Shown here in pieces: positions 39,667 through 52,973 of a stretch of DNA of 64,000 nt. Source of the stretch: Lophium mytilinum (Eukaryota); the NCBI GenBank assembly GCA_010093605.1, contig MU004187.1, forward strand, positions 124,001 through 188,000, read 5' to 3'. The translations under genes and the position numbers were made by a program. Position 1 is the first letter of the stretch, and every line of letters begins with the position of its first letter. The notes beneath the pieces are model-generated. The model was not told where the DNA came from. It saw only the letters and a program-made list of their open reading frames with translations, and ran no database searches.

Positions 39667-41793
39667 TCAATCGTCAATGAAGACACTAAGGAGTTTCTTC
39701 CGCATAGGCTCAGTGCTCTTCTTGCCACTCACTTCTACGACCTCTTCGTCGTCAGAATCATCGGCGCGTGCAACAGACCGGCTCCTCTTTCGCGGCGAGT
39801 TGTCCCTTGTAGTTGCTGAGCTCTCGCCTTGCCCACTCAGGTCGTCAAAAGCACTGCGGACGAGTGAGTTGTGAGCGAGATAGCCACGAAGAGGTCTCTT
39901 GTCTAGAGTCTTCTGCTTTAACTCCTGCCGCTCTTGTGCGTCCGCAACACCCTCTAAGACACGGATGAGCTTCCTCCAATTGCTAGGATCCCGTTCTGTG
40001 TCCCGTCTGCCGACGTCCGCTCCGTTGAAGGAGGTGATGTCGAGCACCTCAGTTCTCGTGTCCCCCCAGAACCAACTTTCTCCCTTGTCGACCCCGATTC
40101 GCTTGTCGTTGTCCGTAGAGAACTCTCGTGCCTCACGAATGCCTATTAGCCCATTCGAGAGATTGGCGGCAATGTTTGAGCCGTCATCCGCTAAAGGAGA
40201 TCCGTCTGGGGTCTCTGGCAACCATAGCATCATTGCATCTCCTTCGAAGCAGCGACCCAGGACCCGACTGAAAGGTACCTCCATCTGCTTGTTTGCGCTG
40301 TGTTTTGCATACCAGTTGTCATATCCCTCCATGGCATCGGGAACATCGGTCGCCGGTTCTGTTTTTACGGCCGACCATCCGATATCCTGGCTGTCGCCCA
40401 TTGAGGTGAAGCCCTTTCCGGTGATGTGGACAACCGAGTTGTACGGGTGCTTGTCGTCATAGTCGTTATCGCCCGCTTTGTCAAGATTGGAGAGTTTGAG
40501 CTTGATAGCGGTGATTTTCATAACGTCCGTGCATTCCATTTCATATGGCTTAGGTATCAGCCTAACGACGTCCCCAACGAGAATCAACTCTGACCCAATA
40601 TACATCCCTTGGCAGTAGATGGATGCAGACGGCCATGTTCCCTTGAACCGGTGTTTGCCCAGTAGAGAGAATGAGCGCATAACCTTGCGACAGTGGTTGA
40701 TGGTAGGATGCCAGTCTTTTTCCTCTATGCCTTGTAGAAACTCTTTCCAGAATACAAAGGGGCGGAGATGATGTAGTGGGAGATATTTGTGCCGCAAAGA
40801 CTCATTCTTGTCTTGGCTATTTGGATCTGGGAGCGGCTCCACCCTGAATCCAGAGTAGTTCACGTCGTATTCTTTGGGGGTTTCGAGAACGAGATCAGTG
40901 AGCTTCAGGGCTTCCGCTGCTGGCTGCCCAACCACGCCAGCTTCCCATAATATAGGTCCGATGAGATCTTCAGTTTCGCTCTTGTAACGCGCAAACTGTC
41001 CAGTGTCTCGGCCTCGTCTGATCTCCTCTCCTTGGGGAATCTTTCTTACGAAAAGGACGAGTTCGCCCACGCGCGGGATCCAGGCTGCTTGGTCGGACAT
41101 TCTAGTGATTGCCTTTGGAAGAAGCTTCTGTTCCGTTCGCCAATCGAGACTCATGGTTTCTTTGATCGCTTCATCTAGAATTGTGGTTCGCTTGAGTTTG
41201 TCGATGAGATTTCGGTAAACATCTGGAGTTCCTTCGTCGTCCACACGACTGCTATTGACATCGGGTCCCAGCTTTTGGGGCCTGCCACGAGCTGCGATTG
41301 ATTAGTTTTAAGGAAATTTAGAGGATGATGAGTGCTTGTCAGTAGATGTAGACTTACGTTTAGCTACGTTCGCTGGAGGCGATTTGGCGGACCCGGAAGA
41401 CAGCCTAGGAATTCGACCACCGCCCTTAGTCTGACATACTGTGCATAAGCAACCCATGTTATCGCCGCCATGTTCCATAAGATAGAGGAAATGAGGGAAG
41501 AAACGGTTAGGCGAGTCGAAAGACTTGTGGTTTGGGTGACCATAAAGCCACTTGTCGATATGCGAAGGGGCATTGTGCCTTGGTTTCTCATAAAGACTAT
41601 AGCCTTGTGGTAGTCGATCAAGCTTGTACCTCACACCTGCGTGCGCTTTACCCAAATGGGCCATCCAGAGGGTTCCGATCTTTTCCAGGTAGAGGGTCGG
41701 AGGGTCGACGAGCTTGTGGGTAGTACGATCGGGTTGATGCGACGCATCTCCATCCGACCCATCACTAATCGGTACGATAACTACCCCGGCCAT
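39667..41793 (-). CDS. CLR2: Cryptic loci regulator 2 (Clr2, SHREC heterochromatin-silencing subunit) homolog
   Basis: N-terminal SDG...LPQGYSLY...DKWLYGHP...FDSPNRFFPHFLYLM...CLCTVC (Clr2 N domain), then PRVGELVLF and CQGMYIGSELILVGDVVRL (BAH-like C domain). Intron 41357-41292. Confidence 0.85.
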
Positions 41794-43381
41794 GGTGGCA
41801 GGTTGTGCTGCGAAACCTCAGAGTAGCTCGATAGGTCGATAGAAAGACCGAAAGGTGGAGTAAGGAAGTGAAGAATTGGAAGTTGAAGTTGAAAGAGGTT
41901 ATTCACCCAGAAGCGCCAGTAAGTGGTCCGTACTGGCAGGCAGCCTAGATGTTGAGTGTTACAGTTTCATAGCTGTGACTGCGCTCGGTGATTGGAGCAC
42001 GGATAGACGCGCAGGTGCAGGTCGAGGAGACGCGTCGATTGTGGCGTCAAAGGCCTCGCAGCAATTCGCAGCACTGTCAGTGGGTCTTCCTGCGACCGAG
42101 GTATGCAGAGCTTGATGGTGAAGCGGTGGTACTGAACTTGAGACCCGATATGGAAAATTGGAGAGAAGGTGGTCTTGGCTCGGGACCGTGATGGTGTTCG
42201 CGGACCCTGTCGTGAAGCTGCCCTGTCACGCTAGCCAGAAGTAAGGCGGCACCCTGCAGCAGTTCAACACCGTCTGAGGTGGCCTGGAGAGCTATTAGGC
42301 TTGGGAAAGCTGGCATTTCATGAACAGCGATAGCCTACTGGAGGGCCTCAAGCGGTGCTAAACTAGGTTACACAGGAAAAATGGGTACACCTCACGGATT
42401 CGTGGACAGCTAATTCCTACTGCCACTTAACTACCACGCTGTCTTATACTAACCTAGTAGATAGGTGCACGTGTTTGCCACTATATGAAGGCCTCAGCAA
42501 GTTTCCACATAGCCCAAAACTAAGAACATCTATCTCACTTATAGTCTAAATAGTGCATTGAAGGACCACAAACGGCAGCAGACAGGTGTATAAAAGGCAT
42601 AATAGAGTGCCACTTTTTTCATGCCCTGGGGGAACCATGAGCCTTGTCATCGTTTCCCAACACCAAACAATAGCGACAAGGAAGCGCAGAGCCTATTCTA
42701 ACATCGCAGAACTCTTGAAATTAGATCAAGCCACCTTCAGTCCACAATGCCGCTATATGTATTCTCCGCATGGCGTCGCATGGGAAAGTGACACAAGACA
42801 TGCAGAGAGGCGGTCATACATAAAAGTTATCCACCAGCTGTGCATTTCCGGTGCGCTTCCAGGCTGGCCGAAGTAGTGAACAGCCGTACCGATCGGCAGC
42901 ACCCTGTCGTTTCTCGTCGCCCGGCCGGAGACCAAGCTCTCGAGGCCCGCTTACAATTGGTGGGTCCCGACGCCAACGAATTTCCAATATGGCCCTAAGG
43001 CCGCAGGGGGTATGGCGACGACACCACGATGTGCGCCATGAGCCGAAGGACGATGGCGCCAACCACCTACCCGTGCGGGCTGCCTGTTGTGGAGCTGGAA
43101 TCTGGGAACCCAGAAGAACCTGCTTCTTCTACCTCTTCTCTCCTCAACCTCATCCGTCATTGCGAAACAGCTATCCAGCAGACGTCCGAGCAGCCTCATC
43201 GCAATCGGCATCCGCCCTCGTCCTGAGTCAGGAGCATCGCCAAAGGGGTTTACCACGCCCGGCCAGCCTCGCCAGTAGCTCCGCGGTCGCTGAGACTCGA
43301 CCACACGTCACTTACTGAAGATGCCCATGCTCTGAACCCGTCGCATCCATCAATTCGACGCGAACGTTACACCAGCTCGCC

Positions 43382-44600
43382 ATGAGTAGCCTGTGGAACA
43401 AGTCCTCGCAGGGCGCCGGCCTGGATCTGCCAGCTGCGAAACGAATCTCGACGCCTGCCGGCCAGCGCTTGTCTGTTATCTTGGAGAATGGTGCCATCGC
43501 CCCAGCACACCCAAAGGAGACGTACCGATCATCTGTGAAAAAGGGAATCTTTGGCCTCGGGGATGCGCCACGTGAGAGTCTAGAAGATGGACCGCATAGC
43601 TCCAATTATTCCTACAGTGTGTGGTCCGAGGGATCGGGCGAGAAGCTCTACGATCTCAAAGATATCAAGAACAATAAGCACGTTTCGAAACGAGGGGGAT
43701 GGAAGAGATTAGCTTTGATTTTGGCAGTACTTCTTACTATCATTGCTGCGGTGGTAATTGGTGTTGTCGTCGGTACGAGGAAGAAGCACTCTAGCTCAAA
43801 GAGCAGCGAGAACGAGAAGTAAGACCTTCATTTAGCGGCACAATGCTTCATGCTAATACATCGCCAGTTCAAACCCATCCAACATCGCCAACCCATCCGT
43901 TGCGCCCAACGCCATAACACCAGGAGCCACTGCGACACCAACAGCCACAGCCTCGCTCTCACCCACCTCAACGCCCTCCAACTTCCCCGTGGGCTCCTAC
44001 AGCTTGGTCACCTTCCTCGACACGGTGCAAACTAACTGCACCGCCAATCCAGACACATGGACTTGCTACCCCTACACTGACTTCAACACGGACCCTAACA
44101 AGTCAATCGCTACCTTCAATTGGGTTATCACCTCCCCCAAACCCAATACCTTCGCCATTTCCAGCACCGACAACCCCTTCTCCATCTCCTTCAAGAACAC
44201 CCCCCTCGACCTCCTCGACGAAGGACTGAGCTCTGAACGGTACCGCTTCCAGCTCGAAACTAACAAGCTCGTTTCCCCGACCGGAGCTCTCACCTCGGAC
44301 AACTCTGCCGTCACTTGCTTCTACAACAGCACCACCCTCCAAGCCTACCTCTACACGAAGATGGCCTCGTCATTCCCCGACGCTTCGAAGGGTGAGGATT
44401 CAGGCGATCCAGCATTCCCCGTATGGCCATTCGCCGTGCGCGTCGAGCAAGCTATCGGCGGTGGGCAAGACGTGCCGAACTGCTGGACACTGAACAACGG
44501 CGTGCCCGACCAACAAATCACCGACGGTCTGGAGGCGCAGGCTGGAGGGGAGCTATGTAGTTGTTTATACAAAAACTGGCGGACGCCTGGGGTGTATTGA
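43382..44600 (+). CDS. Single-pass membrane protein with Cys-containing extracellular/luminal domain (conserved fungal hypothetical)
   Basis: KRGGWKRL followed by a transmembrane segment. Intron 43819-43867 joins in frame to an S/T/P linker and FPVGSYSLVTFLD...CSCLYKN. Confidence 0.85.
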
Positions 44601-44993
44601 TACAGGAAGGACGAGTGGACGTTGGGTTCGATCTTCGAACATATGTACACAGGGATGAGCAGGCGACGTAATGTATGACCTTTTTTCGCGCGAGCGTGCG
44701 CTTTTATATTACCCTATGTACTTCTCGGGGAGGACGGCACACACGGCCTGAGTGTGACAGCGAGGCGTTCTGAAGATCTTATATATATCCTTATAGCTAA
44801 TTTTTACTCTGTTAATACTGTTAATGCCGAGGCCTACGATTGCTGTCAATACTGGTGTCTTAATCTTACGTCTAGTGTTTTTGTCTTGTTGCGTTTCGTC
44901 TAATCATACAACTCAAACGCCTGCCCATTGGCGCGTGGCGCCCTCAACTGAAGGTAGAAAGGTAGTCAATCCCGTAACCTACCCAGCCAATCC

Positions 44994-46017
44994 CTACACC
45001 CATTTCTCCCCCGTAATCATCTCATACGCCTGCCTATACTTCTCCGCCGTCTTCCCCACCACCTCCGCCGGCACCTCCACCCCCTCCTTCCCCTTCAACC
45101 CCTGCCCCACCAACCAATCCCTCAAAAACTGCTTATCAAAACTCGGCTGCTGCCCGCCCAGATTCGCCTCCCAGCTCTCCTGGGGCCAGAACCGCGAACT
45201 ATCCGGCGTCAACACCTCATCCACCAACACCACCTCCCCACTCCCATCCCCCGCCTCCCCAAACTCAAACTTCGTGTCCGCGAGCACAATCCCCGCGGCC
45301 AGCGCCCGCTCCGCCGCAAGCTTGTAGATGGTGAGCGAGAGATCCCGGATCTTGTCCGCGGCGGCTTGCCCGACGATCTCCGCGGCGCGCGCGGGCGAGA
45401 TGTTCTCGTCCTTGTCGCCCTGCTCGGCTTTTGTCGACGGCGTCCAGATGGGCGAGGGGAATTTGTCGCCCTCGCGCAGCCCCGCGGGGAGCGGGATGCC
45501 GTGCACGGTTTGGGAGAGTTTGTACTCGGCCCAGGCGGAGCCGGTGATGTAGCCGCGGACGATGGATTCAAGGGGATAGATTTTGTGGCGGCGGACCAGC
45601 ATGCTGCGGGGCGCGAGTTGGGTGATTGTGGAGGCGGGGAGGGAGGTTTTGAGGGATGATGGGAGGTTGAAGGAGACGATATGCGTGCGGAGGGTCGGGA
45701 GGTGGGTGGAGAGGTAGGTGAACCAGTTGGCGGACATGGCGGTTAGGAGGGCGCCTTTTTGGGGGATGCCCTGGGAGGGTGTTAGGGGACGATTGGAGAG
45801 GAAATTGGAGCTATAGGAGGAGATAGAGGGAAAGGAGAGGGAAGGTGAAGGATTGGGACCATACGTTCTTCATTACGACATCGTAGGCGGATATCCTGTC
45901 GCTAGCGACGAAGAGGAGGGTTTCTTCGTCGATTTCGAAGACATCGCGTACTTTGCCAGTGGCGATGTGCTTGAGCTTGCCCTGGAGGTCAATTGAGACT
46001 AAAGCTTCTGCAGACAT
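44994..46017 (-). CDS. ADE1: Phosphoribosylaminoimidazole-succinocarboxamide (SAICAR) synthetase
   Basis: [55 protein letters not shown] and [10 protein letters not shown]. Intron 45864-45771. Confidence 0.97.
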
Positions 46018-46637
46018 GGTGGTGATTGTCTACGAGTGAGGTTGCTTGTGGTGTCGAAAGTTAGAGATTGCGGGGTTAGTTCGAAGGTTTATATGCATCG
46101 AGCATCGAGTCACCAGAGGGGTAGATTTTTGTGAATACAACCTTGCAACTGGTGGGGCACGACGGCTGCACGTTTGTCCTGCGTCACCCGGCCCCACGTG
46201 TCAGACCCATGCAGTGAATCTAACTCGAATATTGCGTGATCGGTAGGCCAGTGAATTGATGTGTTCTTCAGTCGAGAGGACGAATCCGTTCCAGAGCAGT
46301 TTCTTGCAGGCTTCGTTGAACATTGAGTGCTAGTCTGCAAACACGTGCGAAAATCCTCTCTGGATTCAAACCGAGATTATGTCTACTGCCTGGTACCGCC
46401 TCGGGTCTTCTGAGCTGTTGATCACATTATGAAACGATGGTTAATCGTAGACGGTGTTGGATGTAACTTTACGGTCGAGGACCAGAAGAAATCGTTTGAG
46501 GCTTAGAGCGGCCAAGACCCCGGATCCCTGCCGCCCTGACTGACGACGACATCACTCGCTCCCACCACCTTCAAGGCACCGACAACTGTCCTAACTCTCA
46601 CTCACTACACCACCCATCGCTCTACAAACAACCCACG

Positions 46638-47610
46638 ATGTCGTTCCAACAGTCCTCCGCCATGGAGTCGCAGCCCACGACCTGGCGCCGCGAAGACGAC
46701 CCGGAGTACACCGACGACCCCGAATTCCGCCAGTTCACCCAGGAGCTCTCGGACAAGCTCTTCTCGCTCACGTCCAACATTTCAAGACTATCGTCGCAAG
46801 TTGCGCTTCTAGGGACACGGCGGGAGACCGAGCGCGTGCGCGAAAGAGTCCACGACCTAATCGACGAGACATCCAACGCATTCAAAGAGATCGGAGAGGG
46901 GTTGAAGAAGGTCGGGAGTTGGCACGATGTCGGGGTACGTACACCCTTCCTATCCCCCAGTCCTCCCTAATTATATCTCGTGTTTTCTCTCTTTGCATCA
47001 TATCTCAAGAACGACTACGGGCCTACCCGGCTCGAACACCCCTCGCATACAACACACCGAACGAGTCAACTAACTAACACAACCCCAGCCCTCGCAAAAA
47101 TTCACGCAAACAAAACTAAACCGCGAATTCAAAGCCTCGCTCACCGAGTTCCAAATCCTGCAACGCCAAGCCATCGAAAAAGAGCGCGCCGCATCCACCG
47201 CCGCCCGCGCCGCCCTCGACTCGGACAGCCCCTCATCCCCCTCCGCCACCTCGCCCCAACAACAGCAACTCCAGCAGCAAGAACAGCTGCGTCTCGCCTC
47301 GCAGGACGAAGTCGACTTCCAGGAATCGCTGATCATCGAGCGCGAGAGCGAGATCCGCAACATCGAGCAGAGCGTCGGCGAGCTGAACGAGCTGTTCAGG
47401 GATGTTGCGCATATGGTGCACGAGCAAGGAGAGCAGTTGGATATCATCTCGGACCATGTCGAGACGACGCATGAGGCCAGTCAGGGGGCGCATAAGAATC
47501 TGGTGCAGGCGGCGCGGTATCAGAAGAGTGCGCGGAGTAAGGCGTGTATTTTGCTGATTATACTGGCGGTCGTGTTGACGATTATTATTTTGGCGGTTGT
47601 GGTGGATTAG
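46638..47610 (+). CDS. PEP12: Endosomal/vacuolar Qa-SNARE syntaxin (Pep12/Vam3 type)
   Basis: Habc region, SNARE motif LIIERESEIRNIEQSVGELNELFRDVAHMVHEQGEQLD and a C-terminal transmembrane anchor. Intron 46935-47088. Confidence 0.9.
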
Positions 47611-48017
47611 AGCGCAGAGGAAGCGGCGGGAATGTGAGAAGTATGATGAGTTGGGGGAGTGATTGTTGTGTCGGGTAGCTCTACGGGGCACCTGTGGCAG
47701 TAGTATATTGTTTCCTTACGCTTGCTTGCTTGGTTGGCTTTAGCTTTGTGGATATGGGATGGGTGCGGCCATGGTTTGGTCAAGCGGTTTCTGAAGCATC
47801 AGTTGTAGAACAGTAATGGCCTTGGCGTTTGGGCGCTGGCCAGCGTTCGCGAAGAGGGGGTTTCTATCGATTCCATTTCCTTCCTATTCAACCCCATTCA
47901 GACCTACTTTGCACCTGTGATATGAATCGTGACATCCACGCCAGGCGCCCATCCAAATACCCGATCCCTTGAAGCCAACAAGGTAGTACGCCAAAAGTAG
48001 CCCCCTGGACCATGATT

Positions 48018-49543
48018 TCATGTCGTCGTCTCCCCAGCATCTGGCATCTCCTCATTCTTCTCTTCCTTCTCTGCCGTGTCTTCCTTTTTGGCCTCCGCAT
48101 CCTTGATCACGGCATCTTCCCCGTCTTTCTTCTCCTCCTTTCCTTCGCCCATGTCGACCTCGTTCTCCTCCGCATGCCCTACCGCTGGTCTCCCCACCGC
48201 GGCCTCGATATCTATCCGCCCTGCGTTCTGCCGCTGCGGTCCCATATCCTCCATCCCGATCTCCTCAGGACCACGTGCGTGCGGAACTTCAGCTTCCTCA
48301 TCGCCCTCGACTGTGTCCATAATATTGCCGCCTTGATTAGAGGAGTCCACGGGGTGAATATTGCGCCGCGTCTGAGGAGAGCCCTGATTCATAGGAACGA
48401 CGCCAGCCTCCTGTTCCTGGCGGAGCAGTTCACCCTGTGTGACGCCAACAGGCTCGGGCTCGGTCGCCTGTGTAGACGATGCCGAAGGAGAAGCAGCGCC
48501 GCTGGAGCTAGCGCTGCCGTTTGCAGTTCCAGTGCCGTTTCCGACGAGTGTGGTACTGGACGCCGTCGCGGTGGATGCGGGAGACGAGCCAGCGCTACTC
48601 ATGCCGTTTATGACGGAGACGGTCTCGATGCGGCCGGCGCCGTTGGGGCCTTCGACCATTTCGGTGCTTTCTGAGACCAGCTCGCTCTGGGATGGGCGGT
48701 CGCGCAGCCATGGGATGGGGGTTAGGAGTGCGCCTCCGAGACTCTCGTCGCTGCCCAGGGTAGATGGGACGGAGGGTGTGGTGCCATTGAGCAGGCCGCC
48801 GCTGCTGGGAAGGACAGCGATTGGGAGGGGGAAGACGGTTGTAGGGGAGGAAACGGAGACGATACGGTCCAGGGCGCGGAGGTAGGGCGGGAGGCAGCGG
48901 TAGTGGGCCCGCGGGTTGAGGATTAGCTCTGACAGCCGCTGGACAGTGTGTGGTGGGTTACGAGGGAAGTTCTTGCTCAAGGTGTTGCGTATTGAGGTAT
49001 AGAAAGTAACGGTATCTGCGGGGAGAGCTTGTGATTCTTGCGACGCAGTGGGAGTTCCGGTGGGCTGCGTGGACGACTGCGAGAATTGAGGGACGGGAGG
49101 CCGTGGAGGGGTGGAAGGTGGCGGCGCATTCTCTTTGTCGGCGGACTGTGATTCCTGACTGGAAAGCGAAGGCTCTTGAGGCTTGACGGGCGTGCTCCCT
49201 AGGATTTGCGGCGGGGGTGGTGGGTCGGGGATGGGTATCGAGGGTTTTGGGAAGTCATTTTGGACTATCTTGAACTAATCAGCGATTGAAAGCAACACAG
49301 GGCAGACTGTGCATACCTCATCCAGACGGGCCAGAATATCGTCTAGAACCCGCGGCCACTCAGTTCTGTAAGATGTTAGCTGGAGGGGTCGTGGGGTAGT
49401 GGCGGCGGTGAGGTCTCACACGTCGAAGGAACCGTCGTGGGCGGCGCCCTGCAGAATCTCCTCAGCTAGACAGAGTCGCTTGTCAGCAAGTGGCGCGACC
49501 GGAAGCGGGGAGAGTGATGGAGGCTGGACATACTTGAGGCCAT
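48018..49543 (-). CDS. PSY4: Protein phosphatase 4 regulatory subunit 2 (PPP4R2/Psy4)
   Basis: PPHTVQRLSELILNP...YLRALDRIVSVSS and LGGALLTPIPWL. Three short 5' introns reconstruct MASTEEILQGAAHDGSFDVTEWPRVL. Confidence 0.85.
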
Positions 49544-50855
49544 TGCGCGTGTCCGTGTGGTGTTGCGGTGAGAGTCGCGTTTAGTATGCGGGTTCTCAAG
49601 CTTGACGATGAGGCTGATCACGTGCACACTTTGTGGAGTGTAAATCGCGGACTCCTTTGCAGGAGCGATGCATTTGATAGATGGGTCTACGGCCGTTCAT
49701 CACAGTCTGAAGTGAGTCGATAGATTTCTACACTGCAAGTTCATCATCCTCAATAGCCGGCAAGCTCGTCAAGCCACCTCAGACGGCGGTGCCATGAGTA
49801 TTGTCGATGTCTCGTAGATGCCAAGAGCGGTCAGTTTACAGGACGTCCTTCCAAGGTTGTTTTCCTCAACCACAGAAGCACTGTGGGGATGTCAGAACTC
49901 GCGATGCAGCCAATAACAGAGCGTGCCGGCGGCCTGCGCCACGGATGCTGCGCAAAAATAGCCTTGTGCTAAGCTCAAAGAAGGTCTTTGTATGCTGCGC
50001 CGCGCTTGAGGCTGAGCGGCGATTCTCAAGGCCATCTGAGTCGGCTGCTCAACACTCTACATATCACAGCGCAGGCCTCTTTCGCAGCCCCTTCCTCTGC
50101 ATTTGCGACTTTTTCACGATTTACGAATTCAAAAGTCCTCCCCTGAGACCCTGAGCCCGTGTTTATTCCCGTCAGCGGTTCTTCACACTAGCAGCAACCA
50201 GGCCAGTTCGCGAGGCCTGACCCAACCCAGCAAAACACTCGGCGGCCCATTCAGCGCGGCAGGGGTCCATCGAATCTCCACTCCATCAGCGCCCTACCAC
50301 CACCTCTACCCATATCCATCCACCGCATCCTCCCAACTGCCTCTCATCTCCCATATTGTTGTCGTCCCCCATCCTTTTCTTCACTCTCGTTACACCCTCC
50401 CCTCCGCGCAGCCTTGCCGCCCCCGCCAGCGAGTTTCAGACCCGCGACCGACACCACCGCTTCCTTGCATTGCCAACACCAGGTGTCCGGCTCCGGTTTC
50501 ATCCCTCCGCCCTCCATTCGCTGTCCCCGTGTCCCCGCTGCTACGAACCGCTCTGTGAAAGGCCTTCTGCGTTGCCTCAGTCACGTCTCACCGTGCTGCC
50601 ACCGCCCGCAAAACACCCATACGTCTAGCCGCCAGCCCTCTGTCGCGGACCCAGTCTTCTTAACTACCCTCTCTCAGCCGCCTCATCGCGGCTGACGTAC
50701 CCGCCAAAATTTCTACCCACGAGGCCAGAGCATCCCTCCTCGGAGGCACAGCCTTGGATCGCAACTACCAGCCCTACGAGCACCTGGGTGGCTATCACGA
50801 AAGAGAGGGGATTGTGCCTACCGCTGCCGCTGCCACCGGTTTGCACACCTCCAAG

Positions 50856-51986
50856 ATGTACATACCCAATTCCACATGGACCTGGGTCTTTTCCCTAGTG
50901 TCGCTGGCACAAGCTTGTATTGCGTTGGCTCTCGAAGGGTAATCCCCCCTCACGTGCGCGCATTCGAGATCTATCAATGCTGACAGTGTACTGATAGCTA
51001 TGTCTTTGGCAAGTTCCAGCACAGCCTGGAGGGCAATGCCGAGAGCACCAAGCAATCGCGCACCATTCCTACCTACCTCGCCGTCTTCATGTTCGGCTAC
51101 ATCTATCAGCTGGTCCTGGTATGGGATGCCCTGCGGATGAAGAACACCATCCAAGTTATCGGACTCTGTTTATACAATGTCGGCATTATCATCTACGCCG
51201 CTATCCAGATGGACCAGATCAAGGACGCTACGGTCTACTTGGCGAAAGAACGCTTCATCCAGCCTGAATTTTGGGACGAGATAAAGCCCGTCTTAATCGC
51301 TCTTCCCTGTCTGATGGCCCTCGGAACCCTCATACTATCATTTGCTGCTTGGAAGCTCTACGATGAATTTGCCTGGACAATCTACAAGCACATTAGTGCC
51401 GACTTGAGGCTAAAGCGCCGCTATCTTGTCTACCAGGTAGGTACCTCTTCCCCACAATCCGCTATCCCCGCACTAACCACCCCAGATTTATATTGCCCTC
51501 CTGAAGTTCGACTTTTTCTTCTTCCTTGGCTTCACCGTCCAGTTTCTCGTCGTCGTCAAGAACACCACCGACGCCGAGTACTACCTCACCATTGCTGCCC
51601 TCCCCATCACCTTCTTCCTGCTCATCCTCGCCGCCTATTGGACCCGCAAGGAGTACGTCTGGGGCATGGTCGGCATCATCATCATCTACTTCGCCGCCCT
51701 CGCCTACTTCCTCTTCAAGCTCGTCCGCATGTACGCTGCCCCCAGGAACCGCATCGACGACTATCTCCCCGCCCGCCGCGTCTTGACCTCCTTCGCCGTC
51801 TTGACAATCTTGCTCCTCATCATGACTATCATCATCGCGTGCTGGTGCACGTCCAACTTCAACAAGGGCCTCAAGCCGCACATCACGAAGCGGAAGTTGA
51901 CGAGTAACAAGGAGGGCCAGAAGGGCTACCAGCAGGAGATGCCGTCGATCAGCGGGCCGGCCCCGAGCAGGATGACGATTGATTAA
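50856..51986 (+). CDS. UPF0658 family multi-pass (Golgi) membrane protein
   Basis: TIPTYLAVFMFGYIYQ, WDALRMKNTIQ, LYDEFAWTIYKHISADL, LLKFDFFFFLGFTVQF and NFNKGLK. Introns 50939-50997 and 51437-51485. Confidence 0.88.
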
Positions 51987-52973
51987 GGGATTTGGGATTT
52001 GGATCAGCGTTGCGTGTTGTAAATCGTAGCAAAAAGAAGAATTGAAAGAAGAGAAAGTGTGATAATGACCCTCGAGTCACATTTCCTGTGCTTGCGCGAA
52101 AGTTTTTGGGTGAAAAGAATCTGGCAAACTGCATTGCCTAGCTCCGGCAAGGGCATGGCGTTTGTGGCGAAATTTAGTGGGCTTGAGAAGAATGTGGGAG
52201 TTATACCTATAGCTGGATTTATCTCCCCGGCTAGTAGCAATGGATGGGCTTTGGCCTGCCCTGGTCCCCATTTTCTTTTTGTCGAAATACCTTTGCTCCC
52301 ATCTCTGAGCTCGTTTCCTTTTTCGTGTGTTGGGGTTTCTTTTCAGCTTCGCACTCACGGCCGCTTATTGTATCATCTATGTTTCCTTGTTGTCGTTGTG
52401 GAAAGAAATACTTGGATGTGCGTCATACCCCCTTTTGAGCGCGCATGCTGGGTTTTAGGGATGGGTTGGGATCGGAGATGGGGAGGATTATTTAGGCAAA
52501 CAATTGCATGTCCTCTGAGTAATGCTTGTTCTGTTTCTTTGAGACATGGAGGTGCACGTGATGTGACGATTCAAATCGAGTAAGTGAAACAAGTTGGTGA
52601 ATCAAGTCAATTGATTCGAGATACATATGCACGTGGAGGTGAAGGTTGAAGTGGAAGTGAATTTGATTATGTATGCACCAATCGATAGAGCTCATGCGCG
52701 AGAAGTCTTGTCTAGGTTCTCAACCGCTTCTATCCCAATTTTGAAGGTGACGCTGTCTTGCGTGCTTTGCATCCGAAATAGCAAGTAACGCTCTTGAGCT
52801 CCACGGAGCAGTGACAGCGCTTTACGCTAGTTTCCACGCTCGCTGCGCTCTCTCTAACCCAAAAACCAAAGTGTGCCATTGCCGTATGCTCTCCTGGTGC
52901 AATGATGCCAGGATTAGAAGAATCGAAATGACGGGGACTCCGTACGCCGAAGGCAGAGGGTATGAGAGGACGT

